Shown: one piece after another, positions 38,756-50,773 of the stretch
Layout of the letters: every line of letters starts with the position of its first letter
How positions within the stretch are numbered: position 1 is the stretch's first letter
Assembly (NCBI GenBank): GCA_002269645.1
Contig: NIVC01001291.1
Location: 190,412 to 254,411 of the forward strand
DNA from: Macrostomum lignano
Lineage: Eukaryota
Direction of reading: 5' to 3'
DNA length: 64,000 nucleotides
Program-made: the position numbers and the translations under genes
Notes under the pieces: generated by a model
Databases searched by the model: none
What the model was told of the DNA's origin: nothing
The model's input: the letters and a program-made list of their open reading frames with translations, nothing else

Positions 38756-38962
38756 GAACTGAAACTGAAAGTGAAATCCTTGACGGAAACAAGGGTGAGG
38801 GGGCCCCGTACATATATGCTGGGAATCCCCATTGCACCATTGTGCGCCAGATAGCGTGACTCAGTATCTATTTTTAGAACTGACGTCACCTCCCGCCTTT
38901 GAGAAGGCCGGGGTCGTGATCCCCGTAAACACAGGCCAGCGAGTGTAGTAAACATGTTTACT
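38756..38962. promoter_or_regulatory. Motif cluster at the centre of the divergent B1/A2 spacer (IRF-, kB-, AP-1-, CRE- and Forkhead-type)
   Basis: GAAACTGAAAGTGAAA 38761-38776; GGGAATCCCC 38821-38830; TGACTCA 38857-38863; TGACGTCA 38881-38888; GTAAACA 38925-38931; palindrome AGTAAACATGTTTACT 38947-38962. Function is inferred from motif matches only. Confidence 0.5.
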
Positions 38963-39755
38963 CCAGGACTCCAGGACTTTTGGACTCCAGGAAAACACGG
39001 CTTTTCATGTGACTTGCTCAAATGACAGAGGAAAACAGGACCACCAATAGTGACCTCAAGACTGGAGTAAAAGGAAGAGCAGACCACAGCACAGATGTCC
39101 ATGGCTGCAAACACGGCTTGGAGATTGGAGCTCGTAGACAAGTTTTCGTCGGTTTTTAAAACAGTCAAGAAATTTGTTGCTAGACTTGAGCTATTGCCAG
39201 TTCCCTTGATTGAATCTTGATTATCGAGATTTAAACTTAAATTTGCATGCTAAAAAGCTCAAATACGGAGATGCCTTTCTGGAACCGGATCGTTACTCAA
39301 TTCAACGGCTAAAAAATTCAACCATAGTTTTTAATATCATATACGTGCAAATTTTTGCTGGAGAGCCGTTGCTTTTCAGACTGGCTCCCAAAAAAGTTCC
39401 ACTGCAATAGAGACTCAGGCTATGCAGAAATGAGTTACATAGCACTATTGGGCTACTTTCTTCGTCAAATCAATTCATTTGATAATGTTGTTTGCTCTGC
39501 GCCCTCGAGACCATACCAAGGACAACTAAGGACCATACTTGCCTGACTGTATCGCCAGAACTGACTCTAGTTCAGTGGCCTTTGTTTGTTCAGGCTGGTC
39601 AAATGTTTTGGAGAAAAATGTACACTTGTGACCAGCGATTCCCTGTATATTGATTTGCTGGCAGCTATACTTTGCAAAGCTCATAAAAGCAGCGCACCAG
39701 AAAACTAACAGAGATCGGACTGATTCTGCGGCAAACTGTTCAGCTGCACAAAGTA

Positions 39756-41773
39756 ATGGGCGAAGGGATCCCGGCTACTAACGACTTTATCAGAGTTCGC
39801 TCCAGCAACAGAATTTCACTTCTTGCAGGTAATCGGGTGCTGCCGAGTCAGAACGATACAAACTTGAAAGAGTTGTTCAACATGGAATCAGCAGAGGCGG
39901 CGCTGGCTGCTCTGGTCGATGACGACCCTGACGCCTTCATGCGAGCTTTGAAGCCGGACCTGTCGGGAAGGCTCGCCCAGCCTCTGGTCGACGTGACCGA
40001 AAGCCACGAGATCCGGTGTCGCTTGCCGAGAAGTCGCCGAAAGTGGGGCTTCGTCAGTCTGCAGTTCGGATACGCGATCCACCTGGCGATTCTGCTGCAG
40101 TCTGTGCGAGTGTTCGAGGCTCTGTTGGAAGACAGCTCCGAGCACGCGGCTCAGCTCGAGCTCGACGGCAGCACCGTTGTACACAGTCTGGCTCGCTGCC
40201 AGATGTACGCGCCGAGGTTCAAGCGAGCCAAGCGTCTGGAGACGGCGCTCCTCTCGACGCTGAGTAGAGAGCCTCGTCTGCTAGACAGGCTGGTCACTCA
40301 GGAGGACTCGAGCGGTCTCCGACCTCTGGAGGCGTGCGTGAAGTTCGCTGCATTCCGACTGGCCCGCAAGATGTTGCACCTGCCGAACTATCTGTTGAAA
40401 TCGGAGACTCGATCCGGCGGCTGGGCCGTCCGTCTCTACGACCTCACCGACTACGACCTGTGTCACGGGAGCCGGTGCAACTCGAGTCCTCTGCACCTGC
40501 TCACCTATGTAGCGTCGAGTCAGGTCGAGTCGCTCAAGAAGTCCAAGCTGATGGAGGACCCTCTCATCCGACAGTGGCTTCGGTTGACGTACCGTCAGAC
40601 TCGAGCGATCACATTTCTGAGGCTGTTGGTAATGAGCGTTCCAACATCGGTATTTCTTCTCACAGCCGTGAACGAATCAATCATGCTGACGGTGGCCTGT
40701 TTTGGCAACCTCATTCACTGCAACCGAGCAACATTTTCTGCTGCAAAATCATTAGGATTCAATGCCAGCGTTTTGAGCAATTTAACCATTTATTTTAAGT
40801 TTTTTTATCAGCAAAAAATAAAGTCAAAAAGCTGTGCAGAATTTCTTGAATCCGTCGACATAAACTTTCTGGTGATTAGTCTCGTGACTGCCTTCATGTG
40901 CGTCACTGCGGCTCTGAAGACTGGATTCTCTGCGCTTGAACACAAAAATAAGAAAAAATATTGACTGCGGACAACTGGTCGCTGCTTGACAGATTTGTTC
41001 GACGGGCCATCTTTGATTTTTATCACTTTGTTGCAATCGCGAGTGGCATCTGCTTTCTAGTTGTCGCGACGTTCCTGAGGTCCGATAATTTCTATGAAAA
41101 TTTGTATCCAAGCGACCAAAGCAACGGTAGAGCTGTGGAGCAACTGTTCATTGGGTCCAACACTCTCTTCATCGCGTTCACACTGCTGCACTTTGCGCAG
41201 TACATGGAGATCGTGACGAAGTCGGTCGGGAAGCTCTTCTTCACCTTCCACTGCATGCTGTCCAGCTTCCTGGCCGCGCTGCCGCTGCTGTTCTACTGGA
41301 TCATTCTCTTCAGCCTGGACTTCTTCATCTTGGTCGACTCGCCCGACTTCGAGACCGGCCTGTTGTCGCTCTACTCGTCGGTCAAGGTCATCCTCAACAT
41401 GATCACCTTCAGCTTGGACAGCGTAATGGTTCTCATCATCCACGTGCTGTTCTTCGTGTTTGTGGGCCTCAACCTGCTGAACTTTCTCATCGCGTTCGTC
41501 ACGGAGACGTTCCAGCGGTGCATCAGCGACTTCGATGTGGCCTTCGACCTGCTGCGACTTCTGACAGCGTTGAAGACGTTTCGGTACTTCGGGTTCGTGT
41601 TTCGGTGCAAGCACTGGCTCGAGGTGAGGTCTCACGGCAGCTGTAGACGTCGGGTTATCGTTGATGTTGTTCAACCGGTGTTCAAGAGGCTGTACTCGAA
41701 AAGTGAATTCAGGCGGAAGCAGCGAAATTTTAGATCCTGTAGTCGAGAGATGGAATCTTTGCCGGATATTTAA
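39756..41773 (+). pseudogene. TRPV-like channel type A copy 2, 1-bp frameshift in an A-run
   Basis: A6 at 40953-40958 versus A7 at 33583-33589 in A1; split into ORFs 39756-40964 and 40961-41773. Confidence 0.78.
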
Positions 41774-43408
41774 TGCATTCTTTTAGAGATTTTCGACGAC
41801 TTTCTAAATTTTGTGCCCGTGCGCTTGCCCTGCCAAAGTGCACTCTGCTCCGTATTTGTTTTTGATGTGATAGGCTCAGCGGTGTAAGCCGCTTAGCCCT
41901 TGGGTTGTCTGCGCGCTGGTTGGCTGGGCCGCCCTGTTTGGCCCTCCTCCCGGGCTGCCCTCCCCCAGCTGCGCCGTGATTGGCCGGTGGGTGGCTGGGC
42001 CGGGGGTGGGGCGGGGGTTGGGGCGGGGGGGAGCCCCCGGCCCCGGGGGGTCGTGGCCTTTTAAGGCGCGGCCGGGGCGGGTGGCTGTCGGCCCGTGGTT
42101 GTGTTGGTTTGCCGCACTCTACAACGCAGGCCCAGAGCGCCGATTACAGCGTCTTTAGACCGTCCTTCCCCTAACACATACGCAATAAACGTTGACCATC
42201 GGGTCCGCCAGCCGCGAGCAGACCTCAGCTACGATTTATTGACCGCACGCGCAAGGGCGAGCTATCCGCGAAGTAAGTCACTGCCTTGTCTCTTCATTTC
42301 GGGAGCTGTAGCAGGGACATTCCGTGTGTCCTGACGCCGACTCAGGGTGGACTAGGTCAGGTAGTCAGCTAGGGGCCACCCTGTACTGTAAGCCCGCTGT
42401 ACATAGACGCCAGCTTGTGTGCCCTGACGCCCTGCTAAAGGTGATCGACATCACAGCGTCCCTAAGCGTGTGCCGGCCACTTGGGTGCGCCCTGACGCCC
42501 CAGACCTAGGGTCCCGTGCGGACACTCGCGCCCCGACGCAGGCCAGCACGGGCCCGCGTACTCTGACCCTCGTAGGTGCACCCTTCCTGAGAGTCGCGAG
42601 TACAACATGAACCTTAGAGCGCAAAACAACATTGCAGTTTCATATTTATGCGTCATTCGTTTTACACTATTTTCCTTTGCAAAAGTCCCATCCCATATCT
42701 CTTTCAAATGTGCTTTCTTAAAGTTTTTCTGGAAACCTTTTAAATCTTGGATTAACTTCTCTGCTGCTTTGAAGTGGCCCTTATTGTACTACGTGTAATT
42801 CCTTTACAATCGGTAAATTATTGTACAAGCGTCGTAATCTACTATAAAAATTCTAAGCGCGATTCTGTGATAAGCATCCAAGAGTCGCTAGGAGCAAGTG
42901 CTAATTTCGTCATTTAGTATTTCGGTACAACCTTTAATTGATTGCTATAAACTGCCAATAAATATTGAACGTCTCAGCCTTTTATCTAACCTTCATTTGT
43001 AACCTTCCAAATTGGTCGGTACGTACGCTCGTAGCAATAGCTGCTGAACACTCGCCTTCCAGGGTTTATAATGAAGCTGATTTCACTCGCGGGTGAAAAC
43101 TACTCGTAGTACTCAACAGAAACTTACGATTAAATAGTTGAATATACGAGCGTATGTTGGCTCAAAGTACGTTTTATTCGTGAATGCAAAATATTCAAGC
43201 AGTGTACTCGTAGATGTACGGACTGAGACGGGAGAAAACCGAGGTAAACGACACAACATTCTGCGCAATGACTAAGCAGTATGGAGAAATATTAGGAAAG
43301 CTGAATCGCCTGCCTCTAATCAAGTTAATTCAGCTAAACATCGCGAATCAAGCTTCTAAACAAAGGATTTTGCCATGAAGGTGTTCGCTGGTTTAGACGA
43401 TTAGGACA

Positions 43409-45349
43409 TTATTGCCTTTTAAAAGCCGGTTGAACAACTTCAACGACCACCCGACGTCTGCAGATGCCATGAGATCTCACTTCTAGCCAGTGATTGCACC
43501 GGGGTACAAACTTAAAGTACCGAAACGTCTTCAGCGCTGCCAGAAGCCGCAGCAGGTCGAACGCCACGTCGAAATCGCTGATGCACCGCTGGAACGTCTC
43601 CGTGACAGACGCTATGAGAAAGTTCAACAGGTTGATGCTGACAAACATAAAGAATGCGAAATGAATAATGAGAACGATGGAACTGTCTAGGTTGAAGTTG
43701 ATCATGTTCAGTATGACTCTCACGGATGAATACAAAGATAGAGAACCAGTGCTAAAGTCTTGCGTGTCAACCAGGATGAAGAAAATCAAGCTAAACAAAA
43801 TTATCCAAAAGTAAAGCAGAGGCATGGAAGCCAGGAAACTTGTCATCATGCTGTGAAATATGAAAAACAGTTTCCCAATGCCTCTTGATACAATCTCCAA
43901 ATACTGGGAATACTGCAAGAGAACGGATGCGATAAATAAAGCATTCGAGCCGAGAAACAGCTGCTCGGTGACCCAGCCAGACCGCTGGTTGATGGGGAGC
44001 AGTGTCCGGTACCACCCTGAGTAGTTCGCCCAAAAGTTGGTGAACAGAACAACTAGGAAGCAGGAGCTGCTGCCAATAGTTACTGCCAGGTAAACGTCGA
44101 ACATTGTTATACGGACGAATCGGTGCGTGGGTCGCCAGTTGTCGGCTGTGAGAAGCTTCATCCGCTGACTCCGCTCCAGGAGCCACAGAACAATCTTCAC
44201 GCAGGCTACGATGACTTTGAAGACCAGAACCGCAAAAATCACACAGGTGTTTACAAATATTGCCTCGCCGATTCTTGAGCACTTAGTCTGCTTAACTGTC
44301 TGATCATTAAACACTTTCCAAAAGAGGGTTGAGTTCAACAACACGGTCTCATTGAAGCCTAGCTTCTCTGCGGCTGTGAAGGTGGCTTGATTACAGTGAA
44401 TCAGCAAACCAAAACTTGATACAAGTAGCATTACATATTGGCTAAACACCGTCAACAAAAATGCTGCTGGCGGTATGCCCATCACCAACAGCCTCAGAAA
44501 TGTGATCGCTCGAGTCTGACGGTACGTCAACCGAAGCCACTGTCGGATGAGAGGGTCCTCCATCAGCTTGGACTTCTTGAGTGACTCGACCTGACTCGAC
44601 GCTACATAGGTGAGCAGGTGCAGAGGACTCGAGTTGCACCGGCTCCCGTGACACAGGTCGTAGTCGGAGAGGTCGTAGAGACGGACGGCCCAGCCGCCGG
44701 ATCGAGTCTCCGATTTCAACAGATAGTTCGGCAGGTGCAACATCTTGCGGGCCAGTCGGAATGCAGCGAACTTCACGCACGCCTCCAGAGGTCGGAGACC
44801 GCTCGAGTCCTCCTGAGTGACCAGCCTGTCTAGCAGACGAGGCTCTCTACTCAGCGTCGAGAGGAGCGCCGTCTCCAGACGCTTGGCTCGCTTGAACCTC
44901 GGCGCGTACATCTGGCAGCGAGCCAGACTGTGTAAAACGGTGCTGCCGTCGAGCTCGAGCTGAGCCGCGTGCTCGGAGCTGTCTTCCAACAGAGCCTCGA
45001 ACACTCGCACGGACTGCAGCAGAATCGCCAGGTGGATCGCGTATCCGAACTGCAGACTGACGAAGCCCCACTTTCGGCGACTTCTCGGCAAGCGACACCG
45101 GATCTCGTGGCTTTCGGTCACGTCGACCAGAGGCTGGGCGAGCCTTCCCGACAGGTCCGGCTTCAAAGCTCGCATGAAGGCGTCAGGGTCGTCATCGACC
45201 AGAGCAGCCAGCGCCGCTTCTGCCGATTCCATGCTTTGTTTCCGTTCCCGAATCATGTTTGCACTTTTTGGTGCCTTCTGCTGCGTTTCGATTTGCTTTA
45301 AAATTTCTCGCATACCGAAGTCAGCCAGAAGTGTTTTATCTGCGTCCAC
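43409..45349 (-). CDS. TRPV-like cation channel, type B copy 2 (intact)
   Basis: 646-aa ORF; same N-terminal block as type A, diverged TM region, S6 INLLNFLIASVTETF. First ATG near 45313; a pyrimidine-rich acceptor-like site lies just upstream. Confidence 0.85.
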   Translation of the reverse strand: MDADKTLLADFGMREILKQIETQQKAPKSANMIRERKQSMESAEAALAALVDDDPDAFMRALKPDLSGRLAQPLVDVTESHEIRCRLPRSRRKWGFVSLQFGYAIHLAILLQSVRVFEALLEDSSEHAAQLELDGSTVLHSLARCQMYAPRFKRAKRLETALLSTLSREPRLLDRLVTQEDSSGLRPLEACVKFAAFRLARKMLHLPNYLLKSETRSGGWAVRLYDLSDYDLCHGSRCNSSPLHLLTYVASSQVESLKKSKLMEDPLIRQWLRLTYRQTRAITFLRLLVMGIPPAAFLLTVFSQYVMLLVSSFGLLIHCNQATFTAAEKLGFNETVLLNSTLFWKVFNDQTVKQTKCSRIGEAIFVNTCVIFAVLVFKVIVACVKIVLWLLERSQRMKLLTADNWRPTHRFVRITMFDVYLAVTIGSSSCFLVVLFTNFWANYSGWYRTLLPINQRSGWVTEQLFLGSNALFIASVLLQYSQYLEIVSRGIGKLFFIFHSMMTSFLASMPLLYFWIILFSLIFFILVDTQDFSTGSLSLYSSVRVILNMINFNLDSSIVLIIHFAFFMFVSINLLNFLIASVTETFQRCISDFDVAFDLLRLLAALKTFRYFKFVPRCNHWLEVRSHGICRRRVVVEVVQPAFKRQ

Positions 45350-46120
45350 TATATTTGCCTTTCCACTTTGAAACAGTGTAAGAGAATAAGAGTCATGGTC
45401 TATGAGAACCGCTCCCTGGCCTTCAGCCCGTCTGTCAGTAGCCCAGCTGACTTCCCAAACGGCTCTGAATGCAGTGCTCCCCTGAATTCCTGGGCAACCC
45501 CTGGGCGTTGTCTTCCTATTTAGACTTGAGTTTAGCAGCTGTCCTCTCAGGCGCTCCAGTTGAACGGGTCCGATATTCAGTTTTAAACTCGTATTAGTCT
45601 CGAGCTATTGAATGAGTTCGTTTTCAAATTTAAAGTAGAATTTACCACTAACACACATCGGCTTCGTCGAAAGTTACTAGGATCTGGAGACAGAAATACA
45701 ATATGCTTTATCACTCAATCGAAAGTGTTGTATTGATGGTTGTCTCGGGGTGGTTTGGTAGGTCTTCAGAATCCCATCGCTGCCACCAATGTTGTACCTG
45801 TGCTACCTACTCGGACAGCGCCAGCACAGTTAAATTGACTTTTCGTCCTTTTGATCGGGAGTCTTCAATCGTAGCGTAGCTAGTGCTGCCACCAGTTCCT
45901 TCAGGTCTCGGCTTTCGATGAGGTGGGCTTCCCGTCGGAACAAAATAAACAAGTAAACGAACTCAGCACCGCGTGCAGATTTGAAGATTAACGAACAAGG
46001 CGTCTGGTCAGCAGATCCAGCTGGGCCCAGTGGGTGGTTGGGAAGGCGATGTAGGCCTCCTTTAGACTTGGGCGTCTATGTTTAGTCAGGCGTATTACAG
46101 ACGGAAACATGGTAGCAGAA

Positions 46121-46327
46121 GAACTGAAACTGAAAGTGAAATCCTTGACGGAAACAAGGGTGAGGGGGCCCCGTACATATATGCTGGGAATCCCCATTGC
46201 ACCATTGTGCGCCAGATAGCGTGACTCAGTATCTATTTTTAGAACTGACGTCACCTCCCGCCTTTGAGAAGGCCGGGGTCGTGATCCCCGTAAACACAGG
46301 CCAGCGAGTGTAGTAAACATGTTTACT
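46121..46327. promoter_or_regulatory. Second copy of the divergent-spacer motif cluster
   Basis: Same motifs at a +7365 offset (for example TGACGTCA at 46246). Confidence 0.5.
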
Positions 46328-47120
46328 CCAGGACTCCAGGACTTTTGGACTCCAGGAAAACACGGCTTTTCATGTGACTTGCTCAAATGACAGAGGAAAA
46401 CAGGACCACCAATAGTGACCTCAAGACTGGAGTAAAAGGAAGAGCAGACCACAGCACAGATGTCCATGGCTGCAAACACGGCTTGGAGATTGGAGCTCGT
46501 AGACAAGTTTTCGTCGGTTTTTAAAACAGTCAAGAAATTTGTTGCTAGACTTGAGCTATTGCCAGTTCCCTTGATTGAATCTTGATTATCGAGATTTAAA
46601 CTTAAATTTGCATGCTAAAAAGCTCAAATACGGAGATGCCTTTCTGGAACCGGATCGTTACTCAATTCAACGGCTAAAAAATTCAACCATAGTTTTTAAT
46701 ATCATATACGTGCAAATTTTTGCTGGAGAGCCGTTGCTTTTCAGACTGGCTCCCAAAAAAGTTCCACTGCAATAGAGACTCAGGCTATGCAGAAATGAGT
46801 TACATAGCACTATTGGGCTACTTTCTTCGTCAAATCAATTCATTTGATAATGTTGTTTGCTCTGCGCCCTCGAGACCATACCAAGGACAACTAAGGACCA
46901 TACTTGCCTGACTGTATCGCCAGAACTGACTCTAGTTCAGTGGCCTTTGTTTGTTCAGGCTGGTCAAATGTTTTGGAGAAAAATGTACACTTGTGACCAG
47001 CGATTCCCTGTATATTGATTTGCTGGCAGCTATACTTTGCAAAGCTCATAAAAGCAGCGCACCAGAAAACTAACAGAGATCGGACTGATTCTGCGGCAAA
47101 CTGTTCAGCTGCACAAAGTA

Positions 47121-49138
47121 ATGGGCGAAGGGATCCCGGCTACTAACGACTTTATCAGAGTTCGCTCCAGCAACAGAATTTCACTTCTTGCAGGTAATCG
47201 GGTGCTGCCGAGTCAGAACGATACAAACTTGAAAGAGTTGTTCAACATGGAATCAGCAGAGGCGGCGCTGGCTGCTCTGGTCGATGACGACCCTGACGCC
47301 TTCATGCGAGCTTTGAAGCCGGACCTGTCGGGAAGGCTCGCCCAGCCTCTGGTCGACGTGACCGAAAGCCACGAGATCCGGTGTCGCTTGCCGAGAAGTC
47401 GCCGAAAGTGGGGCTTCGTCAGTCTGCAGTTCGGATACGCGATCCACCTGGCGATTCTGCTGCAGTCTGTGCGAGTGTTCGAGGCTCTGTTGGAAGACAG
47501 CTCCGAGCACGCGGCTCAGCTCGAGCTCGACGGCAGCACCGTTGTACACAGTCTGGCTCGCTGCCAGATGTACGCGCCGAGGTTCAAGCGAGCCAAGCGT
47601 CTGGAGACGGCGCTCCTCTCGACGCTGAGTAGAGAGCCTCGTCTGCTAGACAGGCTGGTCACTCAGGAGGACTCGAGCGGTCTCCGACCTCTGGAGGCGT
47701 GCGTGAAGTTCGCTGCATTCCGACTGGCCCGCAAGATGTTGCACCTGCCGAACTACCTGTTGAAATCGGAGACTCGATCCGGCGGCTGGGCCGTCTGTCT
47801 CTACGACCTCACCGACTACGACCTGTGTCACGGGAGCCGGTGCAACTCGAGTCCTCTGCACCTGCTCACCTATGTAGCGTCGAGTCAGGTCGAGTCGCTC
47901 AAGAAGTCCAAGCTGATGGAGGACCCTCTCATCCGACAGTGGCTTCGGTTGACGTACCGTCAGACTCGAGCGATCACATTTCTGAGGCTGTTGGTAATGA
48001 GCGTTCCAACATCGGTATTTCTTCTCACAGCCGTGAACGAATCAATCATGCTGACGGTGGCCTGTTTTGGCAACCTCATTCACTGCAACCGAGCAACATT
48101 TTCTGCTGCAAAATCATTAGGATTCAATGCCAGCGTTTTGAGCAATTTAACCATTTATTTTAAGTTTTTTTATCAGCAAAAAATAAAGTCAAAAAGCTGT
48201 GCAGAATTTCTTGAATCCGTCGACATAAACTTTCTGGTGATTAGTCTCGTGACTGCCTTCATGTGCGTCACTGCGGCTCTGAAGACTGGATTCTCTGCGC
48301 TTGAACACAAAAATAAGAAAAAATATTGACTGCGGACAACTGGTCGCTGCTTGACAGATTTGTTCGACGGGCCATCTTTGATTTTTATCACTTTGTTGCA
48401 ATCGCGAGTGGCATCTGCTTTCTAGTTGTCGCGACGTTCCTGAGGTCCGATAATTTCTATGAAAATTTGTATCCAAGCGACCAAAGCAACGGTAGAGCTG
48501 TGGAGCAACTGTTCATTGGGTCCAACACTCTCTTCATCGCGTTCACACTGCTGCACTTTGCGCAGTACATGGAGATCGTGACGAAGTCGGTCGGGAAGCT
48601 CTTCTTCACCTTCCACTGCATGCTGTCCAGCTTCCTGGCCGCGCTGCCGCTGCTGTTCTACTGGATCATTCTCTTCAGCCTGGACTTCTTCATCTTGGTC
48701 GACTCGCCCGACTTCGAGACCGGCCTGTTGTCGCTCTACTCGTCGGTCAAGGTCATCCTCAACATGATCACCTTCAGCTTGGACAGCGTAATGGTTCTCA
48801 TCATCCACGTGCTGTTCTTCGTGTTTGTGGGCCTCAACCTGCTGAACTTTCTCATCGCGTTCGTCACGGAGACGTTCCAGCGGTGCATCAGCGACTTCGA
48901 TGTGGCCTTCGACCTGCTGCGACTTCTGACAGCGTTGAAGACGTTTCGGTACTTCGGGTTCGTGTTTCGGTGCAAGCACTGGCTCGAGGTGAGGTCTCAC
49001 GGCAGCTGTAGACGTCGGGTTATCGTTGATGTTGTTCAACCGGTGTTCAAGAGGCTGTACTCGAAAAGTGAATTCAGGCGGAAGCAGCGAAATTTTAGAT
49101 CCTGTAGTCGAGAGATGGAATCTTTGCCGGATATTTAA
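47121..49138 (+). pseudogene. TRPV-like channel type A copy 3, same 1-bp frameshift as copy 2
   Basis: A6 at 48318-48323; split into ORFs 47121-48329 and 48326-49138. Confidence 0.78.
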
Positions 49139-50773
49139 TGCATTCTTTTAGAGATTTTCGACGACTTTCTAAATTTTGTGCCCGTGCGCTTGCCCTGCCA
49201 AAGTGCACTCTGCTCCGTATTTGTTTTTGATGTGATAGGCTCAGCGGTGTAAGCCGCTTAGCCCTTGGGTTGTCTGCGCGCTGGTTGGCTGGGCCGCCCT
49301 GTTTGGCCCTCCTCCCGGGCTGCCCTCCCCAGCTGCGCCGTGATTGGCCGGTGGGTGGCTGGGCCGGGGGTGGGGCGGGGGTTGGGGCGGGGGGGAGCCC
49401 CCGGCCCCGGGGGGGTCGTGGCCTTTTAAGGCGCGGCCGGGGCGGGTGGCTGTCGGCCCGTGGTTGTGTTGGTTTGCCGCACTCTACAACGCAGGCCCAG
49501 AGCGCCGATTACAGCGTCTTTAGACCGTCCTTCCCCTAACACATACGCAATAAACGTTGACCATCGGGTCCGCCAGCCGCGAGCAGACCTCAGCTACGAT
49601 TTATTGACCGCACGCGCAAGGGCGAGCTATCCGCGAAGTAAGTCACTGCCTTGTCTCTTCATTTCGGGAGCTGTAGCAGGGACATTCCGTGTGTCCTGAC
49701 GCCGACTCAGGGTGGACTAGGTCAGGTAGTCAGCTAGGGGCCACCCTGTACTGTAAGCCCGCTGTACATAGACGCCAGCTTGTGTGCCCTGACGCCCTGC
49801 TAAAGGTGATCGACATCACAGCGTCCCTAAGCGTGTGCCGGCCACTTGGGTGCGCCCTGACGCCCCAGACCTAGGGTCCCGTGCGGACACTCGCGCCCCG
49901 ACGCAGGCCAGCACGGGCCCGCGTACTCTGACCCTCGTAGGTGCACCCTTCCTGAGAGTCGCGAGTACAACATGAACCTTAGAGCGCAAAACAACATTGC
50001 AGTTTCATATTTATGCGTCATTCGTTTTACACTATTTTCCTTTGCAAAAGTCCCATCCCATATCTCTTTCAAATGTGCTTTCTTAAAGTTTTTCTGGAAA
50101 CCTTTTAAATCTTGGATTAACTTCTCTGCTGCTTTGAAGTGGCCCTTATTGTACTACGTGTAATTCCTTTACAATCGGTAAATTATTGTACAAGCGTCGT
50201 AATCTACTATAAAAATTCTAAGCGCGATTCTGTGATAAGCATCCAAGAGTCGCTAGGAGCAAGTGCTAATTTCATCATTTAGTATTTCGGTACAACCTTT
50301 AATTGATTGCTATAAACTGCCAATAAATATTGAACGTCTCAGCCTTTTATCTAACCTTCATTTGTAACCTTCCAAATTGGTCGGTACGTACGCTCGTAGC
50401 AATAGCTGCTGAACACTCGCCTTCCAGGGTTTATAATGAAGCTGATTTCACTCGCGGGTGAAAACTACTCGTAGTACTCAACAGAAACTTACGATTAAAT
50501 AGTTGAATATACGAGCGTATGTTGGCTCAAAGTACGTTTTATTCGTGAATGCAAAATATTCAAGCAGTGTACTCGTAGATGTACGGACTGAGACGGGAGA
50601 AAACCGAGGTAAACGACACAACATTCTGCGCAATGACTAAGCAGTATGGAGAAATATTAGGAAAGCTGAATCGCCTGCCTCTAATCAAGTTAATTCAGCT
50701 AAACATCGCGAATCAAGCTTCTAAACAAAGGATTTTGCCATGAAGGTGTTCGCTGGTTTAGACGATTAGGACA

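Noticed and set aside
38623-39168. 181-aa minus-strand ORF repeated three times in the divergent spacer
   Set aside because: Conservation reflects the recent duplication. Both differences in the third copy are non-synonymous, there is no homology, and it overlaps the motif cluster.
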